The notes under the pieces were generated by a model. That model worked only from the letters and a program-made list of their open reading frames with translations. It ran no database searches and was not told where the DNA came from. 64,000 nucleotides of DNA from Bacteroidota bacterium (GTDB lineage: Bacteria; Bacteroidota; Ignavibacteria; UBA10030; SZUA-254): the NCBI GenBank assembly GCA_020056225.1, contig JAGVIE010000020.1, positions 6,331-70,330 on the forward strand. The letters are read 5' to 3'. Positions 1 through 11,163 of the stretch are shown here, one piece after another. Each line of letters begins with the position of its first letter. Positions within the stretch are counted from its first letter, which is position 1. Made by a program: the position numbers and the translations under genes.

Positions 1-1307
1 TCGTCTACGCGTGCGCGAAGCTTGCTTAGCAATTCCAGACCGGCTTTCTCGATGCCAACGATAATCGTTCTTCTACCGAATAAACTTCTCATGCGATGTT
101 CCGGTGAGCGAAATATCGCCCGCGCAATCCATCTCCACCCGGGAAGGAGGAATAGATTCATTCCCCCCGATATTGCCACAACCATTCTGCTGAACCCATA
201 TTGCTTGAAGAAAAATGTCATTGCCGAAAGAATAATATATCCTAAAATTACTGAACCGGTCGTATGTGTGATCGAGAGCTTTCGCTTGGTATACACACCG
301 AAGAAATACATCGAGCCGGCGATGATCAGCGCCGGAATCGTTAGAATTACGGGATACCCATACGAAGGGAAATGAAAAATTTTCCCGAACCAGAAGTACT
401 CACTCAATAGAAGCGTGATATCTACTAAGATTAAATCCAGAATAACTGCACGGATCGGTTTTGAAATTTTGCCGATAAACGCTATCCCCTCGCGAAGCGC
501 AATGCCGAGCCGGAGTATAAAATCTGATAGGAAGCCGCGCGAAAAATGTTTTTGCACGAATACCCGCATCGCTTCGTAGAACAATTTTACTTCATCAATG
601 TCGCTCCGCCTGACACTCTCACCCTTGTAATGAATCACCTGCGTATCGTGAACGTAATAAATCTTCCACCCGGCTTGCTTTATCCGGTAGCACCAATCAA
701 GGTCTTCACCGTACATAAAGAACTGCTCATCCAACCCGCCGATGCTATCGATAACAGTTCTACGCACAAACATGAATGATCCGCTGACCGCGTCAACCTC
801 ATAAGATTTATCAGGATCGAGATAAGCAAGATTGTATTTGCCGAAGAGAGATGTTGAAGGGAAAAGCGTGCTCAGTCCGATAATCTTGGTGAAAGCCACC
901 CACGGAGTAGGGAAACTACGCCTGCAGGCGAGCTGAAGCGTGCCATCGGGGTTCAAAATTTTACATCCTGCCAATCCCGCATCCAGATGCTTCTCAAGAA
1001 AATCAATCATAACCTTTATCGTATCTTCCTGTAGAATCGTATCGGGATTAAGAAGGAGCAAATAATTTCCTTTTGATTCCTTTATCGCCCTGTTGTTCGC
1101 CGCCGCAAAACCGATATTGTGTTCATTGATGATAAGTTTCACTGCGGGAAATTTCTGTCTTACCATCTCGACGCTTCCGTCATCGGAGGCATTATCGATA
1201 ACAATAATCTCTCCATGAATTCCCTTAAGAGCTTTCTGAACCGAGAGGAGCGCGTTCTCCAGAAAGACGCGCACGTTGTAATTCACTATAATGACGGAAA
1301 CCATCAT
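1..1307 (-). CDS. Family 2 glycosyltransferase (GT2). 3' end lies beyond the window start and the start codon is inside the window.
   Basis: The reverse-complement frame reads MMVSVIIVNYNVRVFLENALLSVQKA...VIDNASDDGS...NIGFAAANNRAIKESKGNYLLLLNPDT...FMYGEDLDWCYRIKQAGWKIYY. This is the classic GT2 N-terminal motif set. The ORF track omits it because the stop lies left of position 1. Confidence 0.7.
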   Translation of the reverse strand, partial: MMVSVIIVNYNVRVFLENALLSVQKALKGIHGEIIVIDNASDDGSVEMVRQKFPAVKLIINEHNIGFAAANNRAIKESKGNYLLLLNPDTILQEDTIKVMIDFLEKHLDAGLAGCKILNPDGTLQLACRRSFPTPWVAFTKIIGLSTLFPSTSLFGKYNLAYLDPDKSYEVDAVSGSFMFVRRTVIDSIGGLDEQFFMYGEDLDWCYRIKQAGWKIYYVHDTQVIHYKGESVRRSDIDEVKLFYEAMRVFVQKHFSRGFLSDFILRLGIALREGIAFIGKISKPIRAVILDLILVDITLLLSEYFWFGKIFHFPSYGYPVILTIPALIIAGSMYFFGVYTKRKLSITHTTGSVILGYIILSAMTFFFKQYGFSRMVVAISGGMNLFLLPGWRWIARAIFRSPEHRMRSLFGRRTIIVGIEKAGLELLSKLRARVD

Positions 1308-1316
1308 GGTATCTAT

Positions 1317-2033
1317 CTACAGCTTACCAATGATCTTATTGTACCTTAATTTCCAGACCATATACACTGCTTCGTAGACAATCTTTTTCGACATCTTTGA
1401 AACACCGGATTGTCTATCCATGAAGATTATGGGATGTTCACACAATTTAAATCCCTTATTCCATGCTTTAAAATTCATTTCGATCTGGAATGCGTAACCG
1501 TTCGAATGAATTTTATCAAGGTCTATCGCTTCCAGTACCTGTCTGCGAAAACATTTGAATCCGCCGGTTGCATCTTTAAGAGGCATTCCGGTAATAATAC
1601 GTGAATAAACATTCGCACCGTAACTTAAGATCAACCTTCTAATGGGCCAATTGATAACACGAACCCCGTTCGTATAACGCGATCCTATTACTAAATCGTA
1701 CTCTTTTATTTTCTCAAGAAAATTCGGAATCTCATCGGGATTATGAGAGAAATCCGTATCCATCTCAAAGATATAATCGAATTTATTCGCGATAGCGAAC
1801 CGAAATCCTTCAACATACGCAGTCCCCAATCCCATCTTACCCGCGCGGCTGATCAAATGAATGCGGGTGTTTGATTTTTTTAATCTTTCTACGATCTTGC
1901 CTGTTCCATCTGGCGAGTTATCGTCAACAACCAGCACATTGATCTCTGGTCCCTTACTCAACACCTGATCAATAAATTTTTCTATGTTTTCCGCTTCGTT
2001 GTATGTTGGGGTTACTACTAAAGTTTTTGGCAT
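1317..2033 (-). CDS. Polyprenol/dolichol-phosphate mannosyltransferase-like GT2 glycosyltransferase
   Basis: A 238-aa protein reading MPKTLVVTPTYNEAENIEKFI...VLVVDDNSPDGTG...DTDFSHNPDEIP...GSRY. This is the DPM1/ArnC-like GT2 signature. Confidence 0.85.
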   Translation of the reverse strand: MPKTLVVTPTYNEAENIEKFIDQVLSKGPEINVLVVDDNSPDGTGKIVERLKKSNTRIHLISRAGKMGLGTAYVEGFRFAIANKFDYIFEMDTDFSHNPDEIPNFLEKIKEYDLVIGSRYTNGVRVINWPIRRLILSYGANVYSRIITGMPLKDATGGFKCFRRQVLEAIDLDKIHSNGYAFQIEMNFKAWNKGFKLCEHPIIFMDRQSGVSKMSKKIVYEAVYMVWKLRYNKIIGKL

Positions 2034-2063
2034 AAGAATAAATGATAATATGGCTAAACTAAA

Positions 2064-3731
2064 TTAATATTCAATATTAAATTTGATTGAAGCATAGTGA
2101 TCTAAAATCTTTCCACCGGCTATATAATTCCTGGTTTGGCGCATTTCGTAGATGCCGGATATAAAGAAATTCGTAATCGGTTCATAGATGGCGCCGAGTT
2201 GTATTTTATCGCTCCAAACTCTATTTCCATCTAGAAATTTCGCAATCTCCGAATCACCGTCTCTATGACCAGTAAGTACATCGCCGCCAACGTTGACGAT
2301 CTTTCCATCCGTTAAAATATTCTCACCGTGTCTCACACCAATGTAAGTTCCCCACATCCTGAGTTGCGAACAAGGATAATATCTCAGTTGAATAAACCAT
2401 TCATCTGAATTTGGCTCAAGATGGTGTCCGATGCTTATTCCATTTGTGGAATATTCATTTCCGTTTATGCGGTTGCTGTAAACGTACGGTTCAATTCTTG
2501 TGTATTCGATAACAACATCAAGGTTCGATTGACTTGCAATGCCGGAAATATACGTTCCGCACTGCCAGCCGAATTCATTTCCCCACCATCCGGATCCCAT
2601 TTTTTTAAAATCAATATCGTCAATTAACCACGTGCCGTAGAATTTATAATTATGAACGGGGAAAAACTCCAGATCAAAATTAAGGAATGCATTATCCTTG
2701 TCGCGCAGAGAGTGCTCGGATGATTTGTAAAAGTTAATCGGATTTAAGTACGCTAAATCGAGTGCGCTCCGGCGGTAGATAATCATCTCGGACACACCTA
2801 TATTGAGACGGTCGAATAACGAAAACTGGATGCGGTGCAACGCTAAATACTTGTTATCAATCCGTGTGCTGGTAGAATCAACTAACGCGCCGTGAATCGA
2901 TACGAAACGAACCGATTTGTATTGAAAATCTAATTTCAAAAAATCGATAACCGGCGCATGACCGGACATTAATAACCGATCGGAATAACCGGTACCGATC
3001 AGTGAATATTCCCTGCCGAATTGAAGATTGAACCAATCGAGATCGGCGCGCAGATAAGCTTCAGTAAAATCAAAGTATGGTGAATTCAAATCTTTGAATT
3101 TGACGTTACCTCTCAATCGTGGGTCCGACAACGCGAAAGCCCGGTCGCCGAACATCGTCCCGTTTGTCGCCTGAAGATAATATCCCAGTCGATTCTTAAT
3201 TGTGCCGCGGATTCTACCGCCGTGTTCCTCAAACGTGGAGTGCGCAGAACCGTAACTATCACCCGATACCTGCCTTTGTTCGAACGATCCAATAAATTCC
3301 ATATAAAACGAGACCGATGAATCTCTGAAATCGTAGAGATATTTTTCTTTGTCGGATATGAGATCATCTATAGAACTTCCACCGAATAGAACCGCTGGAT
3401 TTTCTTTTGCCGGATCAATTTCATGCATAAATTCCTGTTCGAATTTTTCAAGAAATCCAATTTCTGCTGAATTTAGTTCACCACGCCGCTCATCGGTTTT
3501 CAGCAGGAACTTCGCCACTTCTTTTCTTGAAATTGGAATCATACTATTACTGTAAAGAGGAAGAATTCCTTTCACACCCATCCTGTCAAGAAACTCATAC
3601 ACCTGATTGTTCACCGGAACATTTTCAATCTGGGCTATTGAAACACCACTAACCGTAATAACCATCAACCATAACCATATCGTTGATCTTACAACAAATC
3701 TAAAATCTAAAATCGACAATCGAAAATCCAT
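2064..3731 (-). CDS. Secreted outer-membrane β-barrel protein, possibly a capsule-assembly Wzi-family protein
   Basis: 555 aa with a signal-peptide-like hydrophobic N-terminus and an aromatic-rich alternating pattern. The C-terminus is ...IKFNIEY. It sits inside a polysaccharide locus. The Wzi assignment rests on size and context only. Confidence 0.4.
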   Translation of the reverse strand: MDFRLSILDFRFVVRSTIWLWLMVITVSGVSIAQIENVPVNNQVYEFLDRMGVKGILPLYSNSMIPISRKEVAKFLLKTDERRGELNSAEIGFLEKFEQEFMHEIDPAKENPAVLFGGSSIDDLISDKEKYLYDFRDSSVSFYMEFIGSFEQRQVSGDSYGSAHSTFEEHGGRIRGTIKNRLGYYLQATNGTMFGDRAFALSDPRLRGNVKFKDLNSPYFDFTEAYLRADLDWFNLQFGREYSLIGTGYSDRLLMSGHAPVIDFLKLDFQYKSVRFVSIHGALVDSTSTRIDNKYLALHRIQFSLFDRLNIGVSEMIIYRRSALDLAYLNPINFYKSSEHSLRDKDNAFLNFDLEFFPVHNYKFYGTWLIDDIDFKKMGSGWWGNEFGWQCGTYISGIASQSNLDVVIEYTRIEPYVYSNRINGNEYSTNGISIGHHLEPNSDEWFIQLRYYPCSQLRMWGTYIGVRHGENILTDGKIVNVGGDVLTGHRDGDSEIAKFLDGNRVWSDKIQLGAIYEPITNFFISGIYEMRQTRNYIAGGKILDHYASIKFNIEY

Positions 3732-5119
3732 CAGTGTCCTTTCCCGGTTATAACAACGGTAATCGTACTGAATAGAATTTTCAAATCCATACGCAACGAC
3801 ATGTTCTCGATATACGATAAATCGTACTGCACTTTTTTCCTGACATCTTCAATGCTTTCATCGTATTTGTGTTTAACCTGCGCCCAGCCGGTAATACCCG
3901 GACGAACTTTTAGCCGTCTTTTATACAGCGGGATTTCTTTCGAGAGCTGTTCAACGAAGAACGGGCGTTCGGGGCGGGGTCCGACCAGACTCATCTTTCC
4001 ATCCAAGACATTAATCAATTGCGGAATTTCGTCGATCCGCAGTTTGCGGAGAATATTACCGACCCTCGTTACACGCGGATCTTTCTTATTAGCCCATACC
4101 GGTCCCGATTCACGTTCTGCTTCTTCATCCATCGAACGAAATTTTATGATGTGGAAATGTTTCTCATCTTTCCCGACTCGTTCCTGAGTGTAGAAGATCG
4201 AACCTTTCGAATCGAGCTTAATGGCAAGCGCAACCAGAAGCCATATCGGTAACCCGACGAATAAAACCACAAACGAGAATACGATATCAATCATCCTCTT
4301 AACGGCATATTCCCAGGGCTGCATCAACTCGGGCATGATTTCGATCAGAGGGAAACCGTAAATCTGATTTGTCCGCGCCTGCCCGCTGATGATGTCGTAC
4401 AGATCGGGAATAATTTTCAAACCGACCCGCGTTGAGCCGCAACACGAAACGACATAAAGAAGGCGGTCATGCTCAGAAGAATCAAGCGCGATCAACACAT
4501 CTTCAACATTGTATTTTGTAATGATATCCGACAGTTCGTCTATCGACCCTACTACGGGTACCTCTTTATAGTTTTCTTGATGAGAAGATGCAGACACCGG
4601 CACGAATCCGATTATTTTATACCCAAGCGCCGGAAATGATCTAACGTTATCAAAAAGTTCTCTTGCTTTCGCCGACCACCCGACGATTATTGTTGTATGC
4701 AGTCCGATCCCTGCAAGAAGGAGACGGCGCTGAAATGTATGCAGCATGAATCTACCGGCACCTACGAAGAGAACCATGAGTATCCAATAAAAAACAATCA
4801 ACAACCTTGAATGAATCGGGGAGCCGACACCGTGGTCATCCACGAAAATTGCAAAGGACAAAACTAAAACTCCGAACGTGGCTGCTTTGAAAATAGATGT
4901 AAACTCATCGAACCGGGATTTTGCATACCAACTGCGGTACAAACCGAAAAAGAAAAAAACAACCAGCCAGTAGATGCATATCGCAACCATCGGCGCCCAG
5001 AACTCCGGCTCCATGGTGTACGAGAGCCAGCCGCTGCGGATGCGAAACATATAGTAAATCGACCATCCTAAGCTTATTGTTATTATATCGATAAATATTG
5101 TTCGAACTTTTTCAGTCAT
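3731..5119 (-). CDS. Undecaprenyl-phosphate sugar phosphotransferase (bacterial sugar transferase, WbaP/PglB-like initiating enzyme)
   Basis: 462 aa with N-terminal TM helices and a central NAD/CoA-binding-like segment. The C-terminal motif is ...KFRSM...[21 protein letters not shown]...GITGWAQV. This matches the Bac_transf family. Confidence 0.85.
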   Translation of the reverse strand: MTEKVRTIFIDIITISLGWSIYYMFRIRSGWLSYTMEPEFWAPMVAICIYWLVVFFFFGLYRSWYAKSRFDEFTSIFKAATFGVLVLSFAIFVDDHGVGSPIHSRLLIVFYWILMVLFVGAGRFMLHTFQRRLLLAGIGLHTTIIVGWSAKARELFDNVRSFPALGYKIIGFVPVSASSHQENYKEVPVVGSIDELSDIITKYNVEDVLIALDSSEHDRLLYVVSCCGSTRVGLKIIPDLYDIISGQARTNQIYGFPLIEIMPELMQPWEYAVKRMIDIVFSFVVLFVGLPIWLLVALAIKLDSKGSIFYTQERVGKDEKHFHIIKFRSMDEEAERESGPVWANKKDPRVTRVGNILRKLRIDEIPQLINVLDGKMSLVGPRPERPFFVEQLSKEIPLYKRRLKVRPGITGWAQVKHKYDESIEDVRKKVQYDLSYIENMSLRMDLKILFSTITVVITGKGH

Positions 5120-5272
5120 ATTCTAATCTTAGCGAACCACCGTCCATGTGGATTGCCGTTTACCAAAAAGAGAGTTAAAAAATCCTATAAAAAGGGCTAA
5201 ATTCATTGTTGAATTATCTACAATTATTAAACTAACTATTTCTGTAGCCATTTTAATATTCCTCTGAACATT

Positions 5273-6442
5273 TTATCCTAATATTTTACAATAAAGATCA
5301 CATATATCTTGCACCATTTTTCCATCGTCAAATTCTTGCCTTATCTTCTCACGACCGATCAAGCAGTTTTGCCTAAAATATTCGTATTGTTCAACGATTT
5401 TCCTTATTGCATCTAAAAGTTCATTGTCGTTTGACGGTGCAATTAGCAATCCATTAAATTTATTCTGTATCACCTCTGGAGCACCATCAAGATTGTAACT
5501 AATAACAGGTTTACCCATAACCAATGCCTGAGGAATAACTCGAGGTAATCCTTCATGAAGGGATGTATGTATAACGACATCCATCAAGGACAAATAGGAT
5601 GGAATTTCTGCTGGTCGAACAGCACCGATGAATATCACGACATCCTGCAGATCGTTAAGCAATACATCATTTTCTAACTCATTACGAATTTCGCCATCAC
5701 CGACAAAGAGTAATTTTATGTTGGGAAATTCTTTTTTAACCGACGGCATAACTCTGAGTAATGCAGAATGACCTTTTAGCGAAGAAAGTCTCGATATCTT
5801 TCCTAAAATAAAATCATTATCATCCAAACTAAGCTTCTGTCGTAGTTTCCGATTATTTTGTTCCTCCATGTACAGGTTAGTATGGAATCCACTTCTCACA
5901 ATTTTAAATTGCTCTTTTTTACCAATATGATATTTTAAAGAATCCAAGACTATTTTTTCAGAGACAGCAATTAAATAGGTAGTAAAATGAGCGACGAATT
6001 TTTCTACAGATATAAAAATATGCCGGATGAAGGAACTCTGATAATCATGAAATGGCAGACCGTGGATTGTATGCACAATATTTTTCTCCCCGACGAATAG
6101 AGCGGCTAATCGCCCAAGAATACCGGCTTTCGAACTGTGGGTATGGACGATATCGTAATTACCATCTTTAATAATTTTCATTAACGAAAAAAGGGAGCGA
6201 ATATCATTGATCGGATGAATATCACGTTGCAAATGTGGTACGATGCGGACTTGTATACCTGCATCGTGTGCAATGGGCATCATATCACCCTCAGATTCGA
6301 TATGCGGACCTGACACAACAGTCACTTCATACCCTTTTTCTTTTAAACCCCTTGCCAGGGAGATCACAGTTTCTGTCGCTCCACCAACACTAAATAATGT
6401 AATGATTTGTAAAACGCGAAAATGTTTATCTAATGTCGGCAT
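5273..6442 (-). CDS. Family 4 glycosyltransferase (GT4)
   Basis: 389 aa beginning RVLQIITLFSVGGATETVISLARGLKEKGYEV. The C-terminal half has the GT4 EGLPRV/E-x7-E region. Confidence 0.8.
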   Translation of the reverse strand: MPTLDKHFRVLQIITLFSVGGATETVISLARGLKEKGYEVTVVSGPHIESEGDMMPIAHDAGIQVRIVPHLQRDIHPINDIRSLFSLMKIIKDGNYDIVHTHSSKAGILGRLAALFVGEKNIVHTIHGLPFHDYQSSFIRHIFISVEKFVAHFTTYLIAVSEKIVLDSLKYHIGKKEQFKIVRSGFHTNLYMEEQNNRKLRQKLSLDDNDFILGKISRLSSLKGHSALLRVMPSVKKEFPNIKLLFVGDGEIRNELENDVLLNDLQDVVIFIGAVRPAEIPSYLSLMDVVIHTSLHEGLPRVIPQALVMGKPVISYNLDGAPEVIQNKFNGLLIAPSNDNELLDAIRKIVEQYEYFRQNCLIGREKIRQEFDDGKMVQDICDLYCKILG

Positions 6443-7536
6443 TGGGCATCCTGATACGCTTCAATGTATTTTGTAGTCAGATGAGACCACATAAATCGAG
6501 TAATATGTTTTTCGACAAATTGTGTACGAGCTTGAACATTACTCTCATTCAAAGCTAAAGTAATTGCGTTATAAAAACTTTCGGAATCATTAAGATCAAA
6601 AAATTCAGCCGCGGAGGACGCAACCTCAACACTTGAAGGAATGTTGCTTGCAACAATAGGTTTTCTACAGTACATCGCTTCAATTAAAGGAATCCCAAAT
6701 CCCTCCGTTATTGATGGTAATACGACTATATCAGCTTCTTTGTACAACCGAACTAATTGACTCATATCGGGACTTTTAATCCAATCAACAATATCATGTG
6801 TATTCCGCAGTGCAAGCTCTACTTCCTCAAATCCAAAACCAGGGCTGCCGGCTAGTATCAGCCGGAGTGAACGAATGGCGCCCGACCTTACTCCTTTTAC
6901 AGTATTCTGGACCAACCACGCAGTATTCTTCTTTTTCGACAAACTACCAACATATAACATAATTGGTGGACCCCCAACGCGACTCGGTTGAATTTCATCT
7001 GCAAGCTTCATAAAACTGGTCGATATACCGATACCAACAGCACGTACTCTATCATCTGACAAGGAATACTTTTCCTTGATCGCACAGCCAACAGCTTCAG
7101 AATCAGCTAAAATTAGGTCAGTCCTACTAATCAAATCCCTCACAATCTTGTCAAAATATAACCTATAGATAGCCGGATAAGTATCTGGAAAGTTTATTGC
7201 GTCAAGATCGTGCACAGTAGAAACAAATGCTATTTTGCGATGACGTTTTGGAGTATACACATTAGTAAAATGCACAACGTCTGCACCATTGAAATTATTC
7301 CTTCTAAGATTATATAGTCGAGTCATATATATCATTCTTCGAAAACCTCGATATGTTTTCAATTTTATGCTGATTCCGCTATTAGAAACAATTACTTTTC
7401 CATGGCCATACTTGTTCAATGCTAGAGAAAGGCTATCGCAGTAAATTCCAATACCTGTGTAAGCAGGTGCATTTCCACTATCTAGAAGAATTCGAAGCAT
7501 AAACAATACTATCATGCACTTTAGAAGAATGGACAT
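6430..7536 (-). CDS. Family 4 glycosyltransferase (GT4)
   Basis: 368 aa with ...LPSITEGFGIPLIEAMYCRKPIVASNIPS..., the GT4 EX7E motif. It overlaps the downstream GT4 gene by 13 nt. Confidence 0.8.
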   Translation of the reverse strand: MSILLKCMIVLFMLRILLDSGNAPAYTGIGIYCDSLSLALNKYGHGKVIVSNSGISIKLKTYRGFRRMIYMTRLYNLRRNNFNGADVVHFTNVYTPKRHRKIAFVSTVHDLDAINFPDTYPAIYRLYFDKIVRDLISRTDLILADSEAVGCAIKEKYSLSDDRVRAVGIGISTSFMKLADEIQPSRVGGPPIMLYVGSLSKKKNTAWLVQNTVKGVRSGAIRSLRLILAGSPGFGFEEVELALRNTHDIVDWIKSPDMSQLVRLYKEADIVVLPSITEGFGIPLIEAMYCRKPIVASNIPSSVEVASSAAEFFDLNDSESFYNAITLALNESNVQARTQFVEKHITRFMWSHLTTKYIEAYQDAQCRH

Positions 7537-8773
7537 TTTTTTTCTGAATCAGTTTTTGAGAGAAAAATAATAGTCCAAAATTAAAAACAAAATTTAGTGA
7601 TGTCAGGGCATTTGTGAAGAAAGAAAATATAATCACAAAAAGCATCATCGAATATAATGCAATAGAAACTATTGATGGTTTGAACCGCATATAGAGATGG
7701 AGTATACTACTCATCATTCCCAATAAACATGACAACAACATCAAACCGATTAAGCCAAAGTCATAGTAAAAATCCCAAAAAAACGGGAACGTGTTGTATC
7801 CACTCACTAAGAATACTCTTTCCTGAAGTCCAAAATATCCAGAGAGCCAATGTTTCAAACCCGTTAATGCCATAAAAAAATCAAAACTAAAATAGCCATA
7901 AGTGAAATTCTCTAAACGAACAACGGCACGTGCAAAATTTTCTAAGTTCATTACAATATACATGTACGGACCAGTCAGAGCAGCATATGTTTTCGAATAT
8001 TTCATCCCGGATACAACGTATAAAAAATTTTCAACATATCGCGTTTCCCGAAAATATTGCAGAAAGGCCAACAAGCTAACTAGCAATATAAACGCAAACA
8101 AAACATTTTTAAAACGAATATACCTGCTTGTGTAATAAGCAAATACTAATGTGACAATGAAAAATAAAACATAATAAAATCTATTGAGCAAGAAAAAATA
8201 ACTTAGAAGAACGATGAGAAAAAGCACAGCTAATAATAATTTCTTTTTAATCTGAGATGGAACAATAATGAAATATTCAATAATCAAAAATAATATGATC
8301 GGCATCCCCCCGATGAGAAGATGAATACCAAAAATTGGGATCTCGCTTCTTGCACGATCTGGATAAGAAGCGAACAAGGGTAAAGTACCATATTTATTCC
8401 ATTCAATAAGATAAACTACGCTGTAGAGAATAAAAAATATTAGAATAAATCGAAATAATACTGTCGAGCTAATATCTTTAAAATAGACAATTGTCCGAAT
8501 CTGATTAACTGAATATCGCGGACATCTAAAAATAATGATGTTAACCATCAAAATACCCAATAGAAATGATAACACACCTATCATTAAACAAATCCATGCA
8601 TAATTCTCCCATGGATGTTGTAACCGACTTAATTTCAAATCTGTTAAACCAATCGCAATCGCCCAAACAAATCCAAATACTCTTGCAGGTGAAAAAATGT
8701 CAGCCCCTCGTCGGAAACAACTAAGGACAATAAGGAAAGCAATCGAAAAACAAAACAATGATACAAGACTCAT
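7478..8773 (-). CDS. Polytopic membrane protein, Wzy-like O-antigen/oligosaccharide repeat-unit polymerase candidate
   Basis: 431 aa with about 10-12 predicted TM helices and a large loop. It lies between glycosyltransferases and Wzx. The 5' 58 nt overlap with the GT4 gene suggests the true start is slightly downstream. Confidence 0.5.
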   Translation of the reverse strand: MSLVSLFCFSIAFLIVLSCFRRGADIFSPARVFGFVWAIAIGLTDLKLSRLQHPWENYAWICLMIGVLSFLLGILMVNIIIFRCPRYSVNQIRTIVYFKDISSTVLFRFILIFFILYSVVYLIEWNKYGTLPLFASYPDRARSEIPIFGIHLLIGGMPIILFLIIEYFIIVPSQIKKKLLLAVLFLIVLLSYFFLLNRFYYVLFFIVTLVFAYYTSRYIRFKNVLFAFILLVSLLAFLQYFRETRYVENFLYVVSGMKYSKTYAALTGPYMYIVMNLENFARAVVRLENFTYGYFSFDFFMALTGLKHWLSGYFGLQERVFLVSGYNTFPFFWDFYYDFGLIGLMLLSCLLGMMSSILHLYMRFKPSIVSIALYSMMLFVIIFSFFTNALTSLNFVFNFGLLFFSQKLIQKKNVHSSKVHDSIVYASNSSR

Positions 8774-9732
8774 TGGTAGTCCTGATTTTGTTTCATCACT
8801 TTTTGATTATTCAGAAATTGAAATCCTGAACCCTCATAAAACCTCCCGCCGAAATAATCCTTTATTCCAACAATCACTGCTTTCACTAAATGTGGCGCGG
8901 TTATAGTCCAAAACAATCCTTTTAAAATAAGTACACTGAAGAAATAGAGATTACCAAAGAATTTAGCAAATCGTTTTGTAGAAAGTTTTAAAAAAAGCAG
9001 TCTATTTCTCACGCTAAAATAAAGTTGAAAAGCTTGAGTCTCGTTGTCTATCACCTTGTGGTATAACTTCGCAGACGGTACGTATAATAGTTCAAAATGA
9101 TTCCTTAAATACCGAGAACAAAATTCTGTATCTTCAAGATACATAAAAAATTGCTCGTTAAACAACCCCACCTGTTCGAGCGCAGAAACCCTAACAAGAA
9201 ACCCACAACCCGAGATAAAAGAAACTGTTATGGCATCTATAGTATTACCTCTGCGATATTCCGGAAGAGTATGATGAGTAAATGCTGATGCACGCCAATA
9301 ACGCATGGTTCCACCTGCATACCATATTTTTTCTTTTTCAGGGAAATAATAGATCGTTCCACTTACAGCTGCCGCTCGTTGATGAACGTTCATTACTTCT
9401 ACGAGCTTCTCCATAAAATCTTCTGCAACTATTGTATCACTATTAATGAGTAAAAGATATTCGGGGGAAAACTTCATCGCATATCTGATACCAATATTCA
9501 TCCCACCTGCATAGCCACCATTACTCTGCGATTCGATCACTTCAACATCAGGATGTGAATTTCGTATTAGATTGACTGAATCATCCGGCGAAGCATTATC
9601 TACCACAACTATCCGTAATGAATTGTATGAAGAATCTTTTATAGAATTCAAACATTCTACTGTGTCACGTGGACGCCTATAATTCAGAACAATTGCTACA
9701 ACTATTGGTTCTTGGCTAATACCTGTTTCCAT
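8770..9732 (-). CDS. Family 2 glycosyltransferase (GT2)
   Basis: 320 aa reading IVVAIVLNYRRPRDTVECLNSI...VVVDNASPDDSV...GYAGGMNIGIRYA, followed by DxD-type motifs. Confidence 0.8.
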   Translation of the reverse strand: METGISQEPIVVAIVLNYRRPRDTVECLNSIKDSSYNSLRIVVVDNASPDDSVNLIRNSHPDVEVIESQSNGGYAGGMNIGIRYAMKFSPEYLLLINSDTIVAEDFMEKLVEVMNVHQRAAAVSGTIYYFPEKEKIWYAGGTMRYWRASAFTHHTLPEYRRGNTIDAITVSFISGCGFLVRVSALEQVGLFNEQFFMYLEDTEFCSRYLRNHFELLYVPSAKLYHKVIDNETQAFQLYFSVRNRLLFLKLSTKRFAKFFGNLYFFSVLILKGLFWTITAPHLVKAVIVGIKDYFGGRFYEGSGFQFLNNQKVMKQNQDYQ

Positions 9733-11159
9733 AATCCTCGAAAATCATAAATAGATTTTTTTTCTTCTTCACCATATCCAATAAAATAATAATACAATAT
9801 ATATATCAGAAAAATAAAAATTAATCCAATTGAGAATACTCCCCTTGCATTATACCAGAGGCCTAATGAAACGAGTAACGTTATGATAATTAGTACTACC
9901 GTACGCAAATCTATCAACTGACTTATCACAAAATTTCCTTTTTTCGCTACAAATAGATAAAACGTACCGGCCGTAACATTTGTTATAAGCGATACAACAG
10001 CCGCACCCAAAATCCCAAATTTTGGAATTGCATAGGCGTTTAAAATATAATTTAGCACGGTTGCCCCGATTACAATTGTCATCCGCTTTGTTTGTCGGTG
10101 CGATGTTGTCAGCATTAAAGCAAATGTTTCAACACTATATCTCACCAAAAGAATCAAGGCAAATATCCGCATCACTGGAATCGATTCACTGAATCCATTT
10201 GAACCGTACACAATAGTAATTATCTGATCCGCATACACAAATAATATTATTGCAAATGGTAAACCGATGAATAAAAGTGTTTTTTCTAATAACTTATTCA
10301 TTTGAAGCCAGCGCATTTTATCCTCGGAGTGCAATCTAACCAATACCGGCAGTAATGCATTGATTATTACTTCTGGAACTACAAGAATCAGAACAATTAA
10401 TTTCATAACTGCCTGATATTGCCCAACCGCCTGATCAGTTCGCCAGTATGCCAAGAGGATGGTATCCAATTGGAAAAACAATGTCCCAAACAGAAGATGA
10501 ATTCCGAACGGAAGCCCCCTCTTGAAAGTCGATTGACATCCTGAAAAAGTCATTTTAATTGAATCAAAGACAACTATTTTTCGCATTTTCGGAAAAATGA
10601 GAAAGACACCAAGCAACCTGCTTAACACGAACGCGACAGCAATATAAATTAATTGCACATGAAGCAACCCAAGAATAGCTATAGAGCATAACAAAAATAG
10701 ATTCTGGAAAAATGTTGTGCGAGTTTCTTCATATAATTGCTCATGACCTTTAAAGAGTGCAAAAAAGAAACTTGTTAGTGCATTGCCGATAATACTGATA
10801 CTCAGAAAGAACATCAACGTCTTTGTTGCTTCGCTGAAGTGAGAAGCAATGGCAATTATAGACATCAAAACAATTGAACCGAGGGCGAAGATCATCTTTA
10901 TCGGTAGAAATCGTTGAATAAATTCTATACTGCGATCACGCGAACGAGCTATTTCGGTTGTGAGAAGTAAATCAAAACCAAAATCTGCAACGATATAAAA
11001 TAGTGTAAGATATGTATGAGCAATAGTAAATTGCCCGAAACCTTCAGTACCGTAGAATCTTGCAATCCCGACAAAGAGAAGCATGTTAGAAAACATGCGA
11101 GTCATGGCTGAGAGCAGAGAAAAAATAGAATTGCGATTAATGAGGGTTGCCTCACTCAT
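9702..11159 (-). CDS. Wzx-type oligosaccharide flippase (MOP/polysaccharide biosynthesis protein family)
   Basis: 485 aa with about 12-14 TM helices. The N-terminal MSEATLINRNSIFSLLSAMTRMFSNMLLFVGIARFYG is typical of PST-family flippases. Confidence 0.75.
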   Translation of the reverse strand: MSEATLINRNSIFSLLSAMTRMFSNMLLFVGIARFYGTEGFGQFTIAHTYLTLFYIVADFGFDLLLTTEIARSRDRSIEFIQRFLPIKMIFALGSIVLMSIIAIASHFSEATKTLMFFLSISIIGNALTSFFFALFKGHEQLYEETRTTFFQNLFLLCSIAILGLLHVQLIYIAVAFVLSRLLGVFLIFPKMRKIVVFDSIKMTFSGCQSTFKRGLPFGIHLLFGTLFFQLDTILLAYWRTDQAVGQYQAVMKLIVLILVVPEVIINALLPVLVRLHSEDKMRWLQMNKLLEKTLLFIGLPFAIILFVYADQIITIVYGSNGFSESIPVMRIFALILLVRYSVETFALMLTTSHRQTKRMTIVIGATVLNYILNAYAIPKFGILGAAVVSLITNVTAGTFYLFVAKKGNFVISQLIDLRTVVLIIITLLVSLGLWYNARGVFSIGLIFIFLIYILYYYFIGYGEEEKKSIYDFRGLWKQVLAKNQ

Positions 11160-11163
11160 CTCA

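Noticed and set aside
22-1349. Plus-strand ORFs 22-375, 546-779 and 1119-1349
   Set aside because: They lie antisense to a clear GT2 glycosyltransferase reading frame that runs off the window start and carries strong family motifs. They are short with no recognisable motifs.
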